Assembly: GCF_018977255.1 (NCBI RefSeq)
Contig: NW_024704743.1
Location: 15,316,001-15,380,000, forward strand
Length of the DNA: 64,000 bases
Reading direction: 5' to 3'
Source: Callorhinchus milii
Taxonomy: Eukaryota
Part shown: positions 1-13,339 of the stretch, in pieces
Layout: each line of letters opens with the position of its first letter
Numbering within the stretch: the first letter of the stretch is position 1
Notes under the pieces: generated by a model
What the model was told of the DNA's origin: nothing
Databases searched by the model: none
The model's input: only the letters and a program-made list of their open reading frames with translations
Made by a program: the position numbers and the translations under genes

Positions 1-171
1 AGATGATTGCTTTTTCCAAACACACACACATACATATTTTGAAAGGGAACTGAGCTCAGTAGTTTTTTTAAAATGGAGAATTTTCCTCATGAAAGGAATG
101 TAATTGTAATGAGATAGTCCTGACTTGATGACTGTTAGTTTTAGATGCTATTTATTTTCCTTATTTTCTAG

Positions 172-282
172 CCAAAAGGAGCAGATAGAAAACAGAAAAC
201 TGATAGAGAAAAAATAGAGAAACGAACACCTCAAGAAAAAGAAAAGTATCAACCTTCATATGAAACGACAATCCTGACTGAG
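172..282 (+). CDS. UBP1: UBP1 internal coding exon (end of CP2 DNA-binding domain region); gene starts upstream of window
   Basis: ttttctag|CCA...GAG|gtaaaa; translates [37 protein letters not shown], typical of the TFCP2/UBP1 family; 111 nt, phase 0-0. Confidence 0.95.
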
Positions 283-1714
283 GTAAAATACAAGATCGGC
301 AGTTAAGGAAGAGCAATCAGAATGAAGCAGGTGCCGTTTTTCTGAAGGGAATCCTAATAACACAGTAAAACTAGAGTACTATAATCCCAATAATTCTCTA
401 ATATAATTTGTATCTAATCTGCACCTATTGCCTTTAGTACTTGTATATAAAGATTGCAGTGGTCTTATCGTGCTGTTAATTTTCTGTCTTTTATCCTCTT
501 TCATTTTGTATTTCTATTCTAGTTCTGTAGATTGTCTTTCCTTTTTTCTCTCCACCCTCTCTCTCTCTTCCCAAAAAATAATGCAATAATTTGTGGATGA
601 ATAGGGAGGTAAACATTCAAGTATGGAACACTGAAAGGGCTTTTGGCACACAAAGCCCATTTCCACAGGCCTTGTATGATTTACATTAATCGTTGACTCC
701 AGCGTTTATTTAAAATTTTGAAGGATATTTTTGAGTAATTTCCTGATCTTCAAAGGTAATCGAATAGACTAGCCATCCGTCTTGCTGCTGCTTCTGACTA
801 ATTTTCACTGACCACTCTATCTTTTCACAAAATACAATTCTGTGGTGTTTCATGGAGGAGTTTGATTATCTCTCTCTTCCCGTATCCTTATAACTTTCAA
901 TTCTGTTCCTCAAATTGAAGTATAGCCACCATTTTATTTATGAAGATGGTGATGTTATTTCCTGGGAGTCTCAGATTGCCACCCTGTGAAATTTCTTATC
1001 TCTTCTCCAGCTTGAAGGGCTTTATTTCGGACATATGTCCTCCAGTTCTATGCTCCTTGTCTGTGTTAAATAGTCTTCTTCCATCTACCCTGCGTATGGT
1101 TGAAGCATTTTATAAAGCATAATAATATTCTTTCTCAGTCATTAATTTTGTGAATGTTTCTTCATAAGTCAAGAGCTTTAGATTGGTGGCATTATTATTG
1201 ACATTCAGTCCTAACATCAATTTGTCATTAACTTTTGTACATAGGATCTACATCATTGGATCCATTATTTCAAATGTTATCATTGAGTTAATCAACTTGG
1301 GCAGATTTACTTAAAAAAGGCCTTGTTGGTCAGTTTTATATTGATAGGAAACATGGTTAAATGGTCAATAACAGAATTAAATTATTTTCTAATATTGCTT
1401 ATTGGACATTGTGCTTTATGTACCAATGTCCATTATCTTACATTCACTGTATCCACACTAAAGACCATTTCTTACACCAATCTGGCCTCTTATTTTTAAA
1501 ATATCATAAGTACATTTTTGTCTTATAACTCAATTTTAACATGTTGGTCTTCCCTGGCATGCTATGGTGGTGCATTGTGCTTCTAAAAAGAAAATCTTGG
1601 AACAAATTCCATCATCATCTTTCTCTCGATTTTCTACTTTATTTGTGAAGCCTCCTTCACTTCAAGTGTGTCATTTAGTTCTTCCAAAATCTAGTGAGTC
1701 CATACTGACTTGAA

Positions 1715-1950
1715 GGTTACAGGTTTGAATGCACTGTTATCTGATCTCAGACAAGGCAACAGTTGAGACCCTACAATTGACCTCAGCAAGCCTGAGTTAG
1801 GAAGGGAAAATCAACCAGGTTTTCTGCTTGTATGCTGGTGGGTGTTTGTATGGACATCGGATGAAGTCAGGATGCCCCACAGTTGTACAGCTTGACGAAG
1901 ATCATACACAAATGATAGTCATTTAGGCAAGGTACTAGAGGGTGATCTTG
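1715..1950 (+). mobile_element. Old unclassified SINE-like repeat (second copy at ~40310-40570, minus strand)
   Basis: Blocks such as ctgatctcagacaaggca...tacaattg...ggaagggaaaatcaaccaggttttctgct match the reverse complement of 40310-40570. Confidence 0.45.
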
Positions 1951-3239
1951 GAGCCATATCCCAGTAAAAGGGAAGAGGAGTCGAACATTTTTAGGGCAGA
2001 AGGGAAATTTGGAAGATTTAAAGAGAAATAAATGCGTTTTTGTTTCTCCTTAGATCGTTGTTTCTTTTGAGCATATTTAATATAATTTTCAAAATGCAGT
2101 CTGAAATAGTCTGACTCCACTGGGTTTCAGAGTAGTAAGCCTGGTTTGGTGTTGGATAAGCATTGGAATGAAGGTTACAGGAACCAAAAGTGGTAGCTCA
2201 TCTTAATGCATCAACAATGGATTATTTCAAACAAGATGTTGTGTGAAGTACTGGGTTGGTATTTAAAAGAAATTTATAGTGTAATGTTGATCAATACGGG
2301 AAGAGAAGTATGTGTGCCCAGAATTGAATGAAACTTGCTCTGTTGTATAGTTCATGGGATTGAAGATCTATATGTTTACAAAAGAAGCAACTGAACAACA
2401 AGGAGTATTCTTCATTTTAGTAGGCAGTTAGTTTGGATTTTCAACTGTGGTAAAGTTTTTGCTGAGGGAAAGACGGTGGTGAGTTCTGTGTTAGGACTGT
2501 TAATAGGCAATTGTACTGTGTATGAATTTGTTGTTGCTTTCAGAAAAAATCTGGCAATGTGCTGTCATTGGGGTTCATCCCAAGAGAGTGTCTTGAAACA
2601 GTTTGTTAAAAATTGAAGTACAGAAATACTTTGACCCTAGTATTCTGCAACATTGGGTTCATTTGGGGATCTATTTCCAGGAGATCACGATTGGATTAAA
2701 GGAGTCAAAGTGGTGAGATGTTTGCACCAATAACAGCTGGCTATTTTTTAAAAGTGTATGTTAAGGATAGTAATGGAATGACTGACAGATTGCTGTTACT
2801 GAAGCAATTTAAAAGTATATTGCTATTTAATACCTCTACAGGATGTTCAAAATCAGTATGTTGACTGGCTGAAGTAAGCAAGTAGAAACATTGTGCATTC
2901 GTGGGTGGGCAAAACTATGTTTCTGGAGTTTTGGATGGTGGAATCTGATTGTAGAGTTCCTGGTTTATGTTTTGTGCTCATCACCTGTTCAAATTTGTTA
3001 TCACGTTTTTTTGTGGGTCCTATGTAGCTCGACAACTGTTTAGGGTGCTGCTCATCTAATATGGCAGTACCCTAACTTGCAAATGTCCAACCACAGAAGG
3101 GCAAGTGTTAGTAGTATAGAGTGGACTTGTAGGAAATTTGTACATTTAACGGAAACCTGGCTCAAGTGGGAATTAGTCCTAATCAAAAGGCTGTGAGTTT
3201 TAAGTCCAAAGTCTCTTTTGTGCACCTCTATTAAGTGAA

Positions 3240-3299
3240 CAAAAACAACAACAACAACAAGATTGCATTTATAGAGCGCCTTTCACGTCGGGAGGACGT
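3240..3299 (-). mobile_element. L2 3'-tail-only insertion
   Basis: Reverse complement of the L2 tail (...gacgtgaaaggcgctctataaatgcaatc(ttg)n); GTGAA on both sides is a possible TSD. Confidence 0.8.
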
Positions 3300-4215
3300 G
3301 AAGATCAACATTTCTGAGCCAGGCTTGAAGATGGACCACTACAACAAAGAAACATATCTTGAGAAGACAGAAACTGGCATCCAGCATGCCATGCTATACT
3401 ACTCTGTAACTGTTGCTATCTGATCAGCTCAATAATCATTACCGTATTGAAACATTCAAATGCCCAGACAATCCCATAATCCTGGCTCGAAAATGTCTGA
3501 ATTTAGATTGAGAAATTCTCTTGTAGTTTACGTTTCATTGACAGCTACCCTCAATGTGAGCTGCGAGAGGGTTTCTAAGACATCGCTGGAACAATCATGA
3601 TATTGGGGTGTGTGTGCTACCCTTTGTGTAAAGGTCATATTGTAAAGGTTGCTGTGAGCTCTCTGTAAATGCTTTTGACTTAACTTGCAACGAAGTAAGT
3701 TTTTTTAAAAAAAACACACAACTGATTTTATGCCAGTCTGCCTGTATTATTGTGGTTTACAAAACAAAAAACATTGCACTAAAAGTTTGGAAGTGAGCAG
3801 CTGGATGTGACCTTCTCTGCTTGTAAAGATCTTTTTTCAAGCTCTAGGACCAAAGCCTCAAATGTTTTTTTAAAAAAGTTTAAATCTATTGCATGACAAT
3901 TACTTGTGCTATATGTAGTAGGTTGTTTGTTTTCACATTCTGCTCTTGAGGTACATTTGCACTGAATGCCAAAGTAGTGCCAGATCTGAAAAAAATTAAC
4001 CTTAAGATCATGACGATAGAATTATGAGTCACTTATGTGTGGGTTAATTGGAAAAGGGCTGTAGTTTAGCAGTGTCATAGTATCTGACAAGTAAGTTGAA
4101 GACCCTGATTTTCTTTCTATGAAATTTAACATTTTAAGTCAATGTTAAAGCTTTCGCTACTAGTGTGCTCATGATGTACTGTATAAATTGATCCGAGTCT
4201 TTGGTATCTGTCCAG

Positions 4216-4323
4216 ATGAGGCTTGAGCCTATTATTGAAGATGCACTTGAACATGATCAGAAAAAGTCCACCAAGCGGACTTTGCCAGCAGACTGCGGTG
4301 ATTCTCTGGCAAAGCGAGGCAGT
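4216..4323 (+). CDS. UBP1: UBP1 36-aa cassette exon (LBP-1b-type insert)
   Basis: tccag|ATG...AGT|gtaagg; [36 protein letters not shown] closely matches the UBP1-specific insert that TFCP2 lacks; 108 nt, symmetric phase 0. Confidence 0.93.
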
Positions 4324-6618
4324 GTAAGGACTTCTGCTTACCTTTTCATTGTACAAGGCCGCTTGTGCAAGAATACAATCAAAGTGTTAGATATAGGATA
4401 AGATTTGATGTACGTACAACATTTGCCGTGAAAGGAAAAAAGTTTGGGCTTGTTGTGCAAAATGTTGAACTTCTTAGCCCTTAAAGGAATTTCCTCCTAA
4501 ATCTAACACTTGATGCAGATACTCTTATTTCCTCAAAAGGCCACAAAAATTTGTAGCTGCAGTTAGTATTATTTAAATTGGATTGTGTTAATCTTCATCA
4601 CATTTCAATGTTTGAATCCGCAGTCACGGTTTTAAAGCAGTTGAGGTAGAATATTTAGGGAAATAAATACGGTGCAAGTTTTTACCTCTGCAGTTCAGAA
4701 AGCTTTTGATTACTCGTGAAATGATTTAACACTACACAAACAATTTTCTGAAAATATACTAAATTATAATATCTTGATTTTTTTTATATATTGGTTTTTG
4801 TGGCCTAACACAGCAAGAAAGTGCACGATTTAACAGGTAGAAATGATTCGCCACTTTGCATTTCATAACAAATGTGTCTTTGGGCTTTTTCCCTATGCTT
4901 TTGTTTTCCTCTTTCCTCCCCTTCCCCACTCTCACTAGTATACTGTTTTTTTTCCCTATTCTTTCTTTAAAACCCTTTTGCTGGTTTTGCAGATAACTCA
5001 TTTGCCCATTTTAACCCAGACTGGCTAAAATTTCCTATATAATGAGATACAAACAATTTTACTGTGTAAAGTTATAGTGCTGCAAATCAAATCGCTTTTC
5101 TGTTGTCTTTATACTGTCAAATATAGAATTCAGTTGAAGGTAAACTTCTGATTTTATACAGATGTCTTTAATGCACGAGGCACCACTACAGATATTTAGT
5201 TTATTGCACTAATTCATTTTTATTTTCTTTACATCAGTAAACAAGTTTCAAGATGGAGGTTATTACTTTACCTGTTAATATTGCAGCAGTCTTTTATAGT
5301 ATGATATTGGCAAATCCTGGCAAAAATATGTGGATAGCTAGAAAATATCTATGTAGGATCTATTTATATTGAAAATTGAGACATTCAATGAAAATAGTTT
5401 CTTTCTAGGGAAATGATGAAATAATTATTTTCATGGATATGCATATTTGAAGGGATAAAAAGTCCTGAGATATCTATGAATAACTGCCTAGGTACTTTCC
5501 CAAATAAGAGATCCTACACTTTGAAACTTGATTTAACTTTGCAAGTAAAATGAGTAGTTGAGAAGAAGGGCTAATAATATTTAATTGAGAAAGAACTTTG
5601 AGATGCAGTCTGAACTTCTCAAAATGCTCCTGGCTTGAAATGGTTGATTGTTACTTTGAGCTATTTTGAAAATTGTCGAATTCGCCATTCTCTTGTACCA
5701 GACAATTTCTATTCTGCTATTCTGCTATCTCATCTTAGTTGTAATTTGTTCCAATAAACACACCGAGGTGGAATGACAAGTAAATTACAACTTTGGAAAC
5801 AATTTTTCAGACATGTTTGAAATTAATGTAAAACGAAAGGAGACATTCTTGGCTTCAGTTTTATATTAAGCTACATACCTTCAACAGTTTTACATATTCA
5901 TGTCTATAACACTTAAAAGTTTTCATCAAAATTCTCAGGGACCAGAATCTTAATTTGGACATTTCTCACTTCTTTATATGATTAGGAGGCGGAGATTTAA
6001 ATGTTTTGATAAAGTTATGGTGAGAATGGCAGAATTTTATTTTTCCTAAATAAGTCAGTTTAGTTGGCAGTAGTTGCATGTGAACAGCTTTGAGACTTTT
6101 TACATGGGAGGCCTGTAAGCTTATTTGTACATTTGGGAGTTAATATACCACCCACAAATTGCTAGAACTGGCTGGACCTCACAATGTCTTCTATAATTAT
6201 TTAATCAAACACTTCAACAGTTTTGGAGCTGAATTAATATCTAATAAGGGTACATTATTGAAATTAACAGGTGATCAGTAATCTGAGTCATTTATCTGAG
6301 TGGATTTTTATCAAACTATTACGATAAATAATATTGTGCTATATTCAGATTTATAGATTTGGGGAAGAAGATTTATTTATAAATAAGAAAGCAAAAGGCT
6401 TCCAGTTTTATGGGAGTTGGCATGCTGGATGGAGAATGATACATTTGGAATATGTTCACTTCCTTTCTTTACTCTCCTTGCCCCTATTTAGCTTTTGAAG
6501 CTTTGCATAACTGAAAAGCTAGGAGTGGAATATTTTATAAAGTGACTTATGTGGTCAATAATAATGTTATTCAGACCATTTTGGTAGAGCAGACTTCCTA
6601 AATTGCTACACTACTATA

Positions 6619-6672
6619 CAATGCAAAACTACATTTGTATAGCGCCTTTCATGTCGGGAGGATATGAAAGGC
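6619..6672 (-). mobile_element. L2 3'-tail-only insertion with 8-bp TSD
   Basis: acatttgtatagcgcctttcatgtcgggagga matches the L2 tail; flanked by CTACTATA at 6611-6618 and 6672-6679. Confidence 0.7.
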
Positions 6673-7789
6673 TACTATAATGACGTGAAACATACTATAA
6701 TATTTTAAATGCACTTGCATATTTTTCCCTTCTGATTGTATCTTTGGCTTGTTCACTGCAAAAAGTGAATTTTAACTTTGCAGAGATCACCCCTGCATCC
6801 ATAAGAGTTATTAATCCTACTTGAAACTTCCCAATTGGAATTGTGAGATAATGAAGAATGTATGAGTTTCTGATCCAAATCCTAAAACTTGAGCCTGAAT
6901 TTGACATCCTCAAAGTGCTTGTACTGAATTTGCCTGTTAAAATACGTAAATAGTCAATATTTCTGGATCCATAAATGTTATGTTTTTTCAAGATTATGTG
7001 CATTGTTTTGTTCAACTATAATTATACAGGAAAGAGAAGAGAACAAATCTGGCAAGACATGTTTTACCCCGTAGGAATGGTGATTCTGGTTAATCATAGG
7101 CCAGCATCGATGGTGTCTAAAGACTATCCCATAAGAAGTGGGAAGTAACATAGATAGAGTGAAATAGGAAGTAAAACAAAGCGAAAGAGAGGAGACGATG
7201 CCAATATTCTCTTTGTTCCTGCAAGTGGAATCATATCTACTGCAATCTTGGAATGTGGCCTTGTCTTATTGGCCTTACAGAGTGCCTAAGGTTAACCATT
7301 GCCTACAACTAAACCCTATGTATTACATACATGGCTGTACCCATCCTACAAAACCCTTGAAATGGAGAGGATTGAACATAACCAGAAGTTGTGAGACTAG
7401 ATACTGAATTTAAATATACAAAACTAACAATGTTATCAATATTAAAGGTACTTAGCCACTAAGATAAAGCGCATAATTCTTTTAAACCTTCAGACTTTTA
7501 ATTGAACAATGCATGGAGAGTGTTTTATTGTTTTCTTCCTATCTCACAGGTTTTCACTTAGTGTTGTCTGTATTATGTTGCCCTAGAATCTCCTGCAAAG
7601 AATTTCTGCTTGATGATCAAACTTGAATGCTAAGTTACTGGTGGCTAACAAATTACAAGCAGAAAAGCTGCTGTTTTATCATGCCAACCAACCATAATAA
7701 AAAAGGAGCAGCTTAATGTGACGTGCTTGTGGCTGAATACTTTGAACACTTTTGCCACTGTTAAATGCTGTGGCTAAAGATAATAGATC

Positions 7790-7942
7790 AACTAGATAAT
7801 TATTTGGGGAGGACAAGTTTGCAGGGCTGTGGGTAGAGCGCAGGGGAGTGGAATTGAATTGGATAGCTCTTTTTAAAGAACCGGCACAGACACGATGGGC
7901 TGAATGGCCTCCTCCTGTGCTGTATAATTCTATGATTCTATA
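7790..7942 (+). mobile_element. CR1-type LINE 3' tail fragment
   Basis: ...ggatagctctttttaaagaaccggcacagacacgatgggctgaatggcctcctcctgtgctgtataattctatgattcta; homologous to 10690-10803 (+) and 54512-54702 (-). Confidence 0.75.
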
Positions 7943-8876
7943 AACAGAGAACAGTGTCAGGTTTTCCATGTAAAAACTTTCCAGACTGTTTTCTTCTCAT
8001 TGGCCCTATCTAAATAACTAGCCAAACTGGAAAAAAAAAGTGGGAGCAAAGCCACCTCTTCAGATGCAGTTCCTGCCCTTTAAATAGTAACAATCAGAAG
8101 AGAAAAAAAAACAAGCAAAAGGTCTTATGCATGTACACGCTTGGCAGGGATGAAATTGTGTCATATATTGGTAACGTCAAGAAACTGTGACAGAATCATA
8201 TGTGACACAGTGTCCTGGAAAACATCAAACCAAGAGTCAGTTAACTGTTAACTGTTGCTCATAGCTGGAGACGAGTATAAAAGAGACATTAGAATTGCCT
8301 TTCTTTGTACTAAAGTTAGATACTGTAAGTCTGAAAGGTTTCCACTTCAAGTGAAAACCTTACTTTGATATTAATGACATTTTGCTGGCTTGTGAACTGT
8401 GAGATATTTTTGCTTATGGGTCAAGCCTGCATAAATTATTTAGTTACTTTGTATAATTATTCATAGCAGTGAATCAACCTCTTTTCAGAATATAAAAGAA
8501 ACTGGAGTCTTTTATGTTTACACTTGAGGCTTTTCAGTTCTGGCTGATTGATCAAGGCGGACAGTTTCAAAGCTTCAAAGCTTCCAAAAGTTGACATCCA
8601 ATATTACCATCATACACTTCCAGGATAGATAACAGGGTAAAGTCTTGAGAGAATTGGAGTGGATTGACCAATGGTCTACTCTTACCTGGAATTATTACTG
8701 TTCTAAAACTCCCTTTGCTTTGTTCCAACAACTTTTTTTTTAATCCTATCACAGACCATCTCTCATTACTGCAGTATAATATTGCTGATTTATGAACCAG
8801 CCAGGCTAAGGAAGATCATTGCTTAGAAGCATTCAAGACAGTTTTTGGAGCTGAACTGCCTTGGAAGTGGCATAAA

Positions 8877-10030
8877 TCATAGAAACAGAGATAAGAATTC
8901 GGCCCTTTGACCCTGTCCTTGCCACTTTTGAAGATTGTGGCCAATCTGCAACTCAATTCCATCTCCCTGCCCTCCTCTCTCCATATCAGTTAATACCCCA
9001 ATCTAACAAGCAGATACAATTTGTCTTATAAATTCTTCAAATCACTGCCTGCACTGCCTGCTGTGGGAGTGAGGATTCACTTCCTGTACGAAAAAAGGTT
9101 TCTAGTCCAGTCCTCAAGTTTCCACTTGCGAGACAATTGAGGACTAGAGGTCATAGTCCTCAATTCTCTTGCAAGAGGAAACAGTTGCCTGTCAAATCCC
9201 TTCATAATTTTATACACCTCAATCAGATCCCCCACAACTTCCTGAACTCGAGAGAATACAAACCAAGTTTTTGTATTTGATCATAATTTTGGCCCTCCAC
9301 ACCAGAAAACGTTCGCCCACTAATACAATCAATTCACTTTACAATATATTTTGTGAAGATATTTTGAGATGTCTCAACGATGTGCTATATCAAATACAAT
9401 TATTATTATATATTCTAATCATTCCAGTAAATCTACACTGCCCACTTCTGGCCAATATATCCTTCGTAAGTTTTGAAGCCCAAAACCACATCGCTGACTC
9501 CAAATAGGGTCTGACCAGCATTTTATACAGCTGTAACATAATTTCCTGACTCTTGTATTCCAGCCTCCTTGTGACGAATGCTGACATTGCATTAGCCTTT
9601 TCAACAACCTTCTGCACCTATATGCTACTTTTTAAAGATTTATGAACCTGAACACCTAAATTTCTTTGTTCATTAACACTGCTAAGAATTTCTCCGGTCA
9701 GAATGTAGTCAAACTAAACATTCTTAGGTCCAAAATGAATCACCACATTCAACTCCATGTGCCATATTTCCGCCCATTCTCTTAATCTGCCTATCCTCCT
9801 TTGCATTTTCCACTGCCTCCTCACAAGGTACCACACCTTCCAACTTAGTATCATCTGCAAACTTGGATAGATCCCTTCTACACTTTCATCTAGATTGCTA
9901 ATATATCAGTGAAAAGCTGCGGCTCCAATATTCCCTTTATCTCAACTGTGTCTCCTAATCAATTTCCCATTCATGCCAACAGGTTGCTTTTAATCCCACG
10001 TCTGTTAATTTTAGCCATTAATGTCTTCAT
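8877..10030 (-). mobile_element. Decayed CR1 LINE, 3' portion
   Basis: Minus-strand peptide EKANAMSAFVTRRLEYKSQEIMLQLYKMLVRPYLESAMWFW is the CR1 post-RT motif; FADDT-like codons near 9850. Confidence 0.8.
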
Positions 10031-10479
10031 TTAATTGTAAATCAAATAGTAAATCGATTAATTGTAAAACTTCAGGCCTGGCTTCTAGTTCAGGTAAAAG
10101 GATAGTATGCTATAAGCTACAATCACCCATCCACGTGGCTTCTTAATATAAATTAGGATCTTGAGATTACATGTATGTTTTTCAAGCTTCAACTACTCTT
10201 GCATCGTGCTTAATTCAGCTCCATAAGCTAATATCCCGCAATTTATAACTGGTGTCTCACATTCCCTATAAATTCATGTGAGATTGAACTGCTTTCTTAA
10301 TATTGGACAAACATTTTTTTAAAAAATGAACAAGAATTAGTTCTTCCACATTTCTTTGTTGAGTTTAGCACCAGTTCTGATAATGGTCATGAAATACATG
10401 TTTACTTACTTTCTGTCAGCTTTTGCGTCCAACTAAAGATAGAATAGTAATTGTATTGTATGTTTCCTCTGGGTGTATG

Positions 10480-10803
10480 AAACATAATAAAGAGGAAGAA
10501 ACTGTTTCCTGTGGCGGGTGAGTCAGTAAATTTTAAGATAATTGGCAAAAGAACCAGAGGGGAGACGAAGAGAATGTTTTTTCACCCACAGAGTTAGGAT
10601 CTGGAATGCACTGCCTGAAAGGATGGTGGAAGCAGATTTGATAGTAGTTTTCAAAAAGGAATTGGATAGGTATTTGAAAAGGAAAAACAGCAGGGCTATG
10701 ATGTAAGAGCGCAGGAGTGGGACTAGTTGGATAGCTCTTTCAAAGAGCCGACACAGGCACGATAGGCCGAATGGCCTCCTTGTGTGCTGTAAGATTCTAT
10801 GAA
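10480..10803 (+). mobile_element. CR1 LINE 3' end
   Basis: tggaatgcactgcctgaaaggatggtggaagcag (WNALP motif) followed by the same tail as 7790-7942. Confidence 0.8.
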
Positions 10804-10809
10804 TTGGAG

Positions 10810-11240
10810 TTTTGGGTTCTCATCCGTGCCTTTGTCACCTCCAGACTTGACTTCTATAATGTCCTGCTCTCCAGCCTTCCCAGCTCTAACCTCCTCAATC
10901 ACCAGATCATACAGACCTCCGCAACCCACATTCTTTCCCACACTAGCCCACCACTGTCATCCTCATCTGGCTCACTGGTTACCTACCGCCAACAGATGTA
11001 CTTTGAGATCCTTACCCTTGACTTCTAATACCTCTATGGCTTGCCCCACACTACCTTTGTGATATTTTGAGTGTTATAGCCTACCCACTCTCTGCGTTTT
11101 GTCAACTTGGCTTGATTCTTGTCTTTTGCCCTTTCCTTGCCCCAGCCCTTTGGAGCTCTTCCAAAATCCCTCTCAGTTTTCAAACTCTGTCCAAAACCTA
11201 GTCGTTTATTGTATCTTCGGCTACTGTTTCCTTCCACCCT
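10810..11240 (+). mobile_element. Old L2 LINE 3' fragment
   Basis: LIRAFVTSRLDFYNVLLSSLP...HQIIQ motif typical of the L2 C-terminal region. Confidence 0.7.
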
Positions 11241-11546
11241 CCCCAACCTCCCTTCCAACTATGGCACTGAAGTTGATGTTCTGGACTAAATTATACTAAA
11301 ATCTTTAGCCCCTAGATTAATCATAGCATGATATGTTCAGTATCTTGGTCTTGTGAGGTGTGCTTGAAGCAGGATTCTTTAGTTGAGACAAATATAATGC
11401 ATCCAGGGCTAACCAGGTTCCTAGATGTTTAGTGCAAGGTTCTACAAATTTGCATTCTATCTTTTGTTAGCGACATGCGCTTATTTTTATAGTATCTCCA
11501 TTCCCTTTCTTGCTTACCAGGTTTTTTTTTCAAGTTTCGCTATAAA

Positions 11547-11565
11547 CCCCCCCCCCCCCCCCCCC
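11547..11565. repeat. C19 homopolymer
   Basis: Direct read. Confidence 0.9.
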
Positions 11566-11798
11566 TTACCACCAAAAGAAAGTAATTTAGGTGTTGGAAT
11601 TGCAGATACTTTTGTCTATGTACTTGCTGGTCTTTAAATGCGTAGTGTGAAGAGTATTTTCAATTCCTCTTAATTTTTCTGCTTAGACTCCACTACACGT
11701 GCACCATCACTATAATTTATACCAAGCACAGACTGTCCTTGTGCTGTGGTTATGAAGGATTCGAAGTTCTAATCTTGATTTTGTTTTACATACTACAG

Positions 11799-11896
11799 TG
11801 TTCCCCGTGGCCAGATAATGCATGTGTGAACAGCAGCCCTTCCACCACTCCTGTGTTTACTTCGGGACAGCAGAGTACTTACAGTGTACCTGACAG
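11799..11896 (+). CDS. UBP1: UBP1 coding exon
   Basis: ctacag|TGT...AG|gtatag; CSPWPDNACVNSSPSTTPVFTSGQQSTYSVPD(S); phase 0-2. Confidence 0.93.
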
Positions 11897-11939
11897 GTAT
11901 AGTCATGCCAATACAGTTGAATACAATTGTGTTAAAAGT

Positions 11940-12400
11940 TTTTTTTAGGTCAGCCAGGTGTCTTGACACATGCAGAAACCCATCACCATGCTTAAAACTA
12001 ACCAATCCAGACTGAGAATCCTATGTATGCCACCGACAAGTGGAAGTTCCCATGCGTGGGATAGAATGCACACTCTCCCATTAGGCACAGGCTGCGAAGT
12101 GCTGAAGTTTGGTGACACAGCGTGTGTGGGGTGCTGCGGGAACCTCGCCAGCTAAAACCACATAGCTTGCCATTGAAACGCTGTCTAGCAAACTATTCCA
12201 CTGCTTATCCGGTTAGGACCACCCTTCTTGTTAGGCGTTGGCTTGCACGGTTAACAGAAGTTGAATGGGAAGAATCCCTAACCCAGTGATTGGTCTGCAC
12301 TTCCAAGTCATGCCATTGAGCCAGTCTGGCTGATCTATAGTAAGCAGTGCCCTGGAGTACTGTGGACCTGCCTGGCTCAGGATCCGGACTACTGAAACAG
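11940..12400 (-). mobile_element. 3' UTR fragment of an unclassified LINE (same family as 59232-59675 and 59794-60694)
   Basis: T-run followed by ggtcagccaggtgtcttgacacatgcagaaacccatcaccatgctt..., homologous to both other copies. Confidence 0.65.
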
Positions 12401-12556
12401 GCATTTATTATTTTGGTGAGACAATGATAAACATAACCATCTGTTCGTGCCTAAGTCAGAATTGCTGTCAAGGACTTGGGGAAGACAGATTAACATTAAG
12501 TAGTAAGATTTTTCCTGAAATTGAAACTGCATCTCACAAGTGCTATTGTTTTGCAG

Positions 12557-12611
12557 TAACTCCTCTTCACCAAATCACCATGGAGAAGGGACAACACAAT
12601 GTGAAGTTGAG
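12557..12611 (+). CDS. UBP1: UBP1 coding exon
   Basis: ttgcag|T AAC...GAG|gtatgt; (S)NSSSPNHHGEGTTQCEVE; 55 nt, phase 2-0 fits neighbours. Confidence 0.88.
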
Positions 12612-13339
12612 GTATGTGTGGCTCCTATTTTTGCTTGTATTTGGTAGCATAGTATGTGGTTTGCAAAGTAAGGGAAGAGGCATTCAGGCTTGACTGTGTG
12701 TACTCTACACGTATTGTCATGTGCTACCGAAAAATGATGTGTGTAGCACATCACAGAAAAGTGACTTTCTTGTGATGTAGTAAGTTGTAATATTTATTCT
12801 AGAAGTTATTATTATAATTGTGCACATAATCATCTGGTCAGTCCCAAAGTCTAACAATATAGTCCAGCACTACTTCATCTTTCATGTTCCTCAGTTGAAT
12901 TATTTGCTAAATAGCTGTCTAATTCCCTCTTGAATTTGCTGATGCAATCTGCCTGTCTCCTTTCTGGGTAACATCCTCGACACATTCACCATTGTGCAAA
13001 ATAATTAAATCTGAACTGTTCACTTTTTCACTTCTGAGTGCAAGTCAATGTCCCGGCACAAGCTCTCTGGGACGCTACCCTGTGTGAGGGGTGCTATATA
13101 AATACAAGTTGTTACCCCCTTCATCTGGATTTGTGTTAAACATATTAATATACAGGTTATCTATGCCCTTGGGGTTTTTGGAATATTTCAGGAAGACCTC
13201 ACTTGAATCCTCTCTTAGTATGAATATTCCCAGCTTCTGTATCCTATTCACATCACTCTTGTCTAATTGCAGCTTTCAATCTTGTTGATCTTGACAATTA
13301 CTGATGCATATATTGCTGAGTGAAGTAGTAACAACAGTA

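Noticed and set aside
3282..3302. Perfected hairpin TTCACGTC-GGGAG-GACGTGAA as a third fold-back event
   Set aside because: GTGAA also occurs at 3235-3239 on the other side of the insertion, so a target-site duplication explains it equally well
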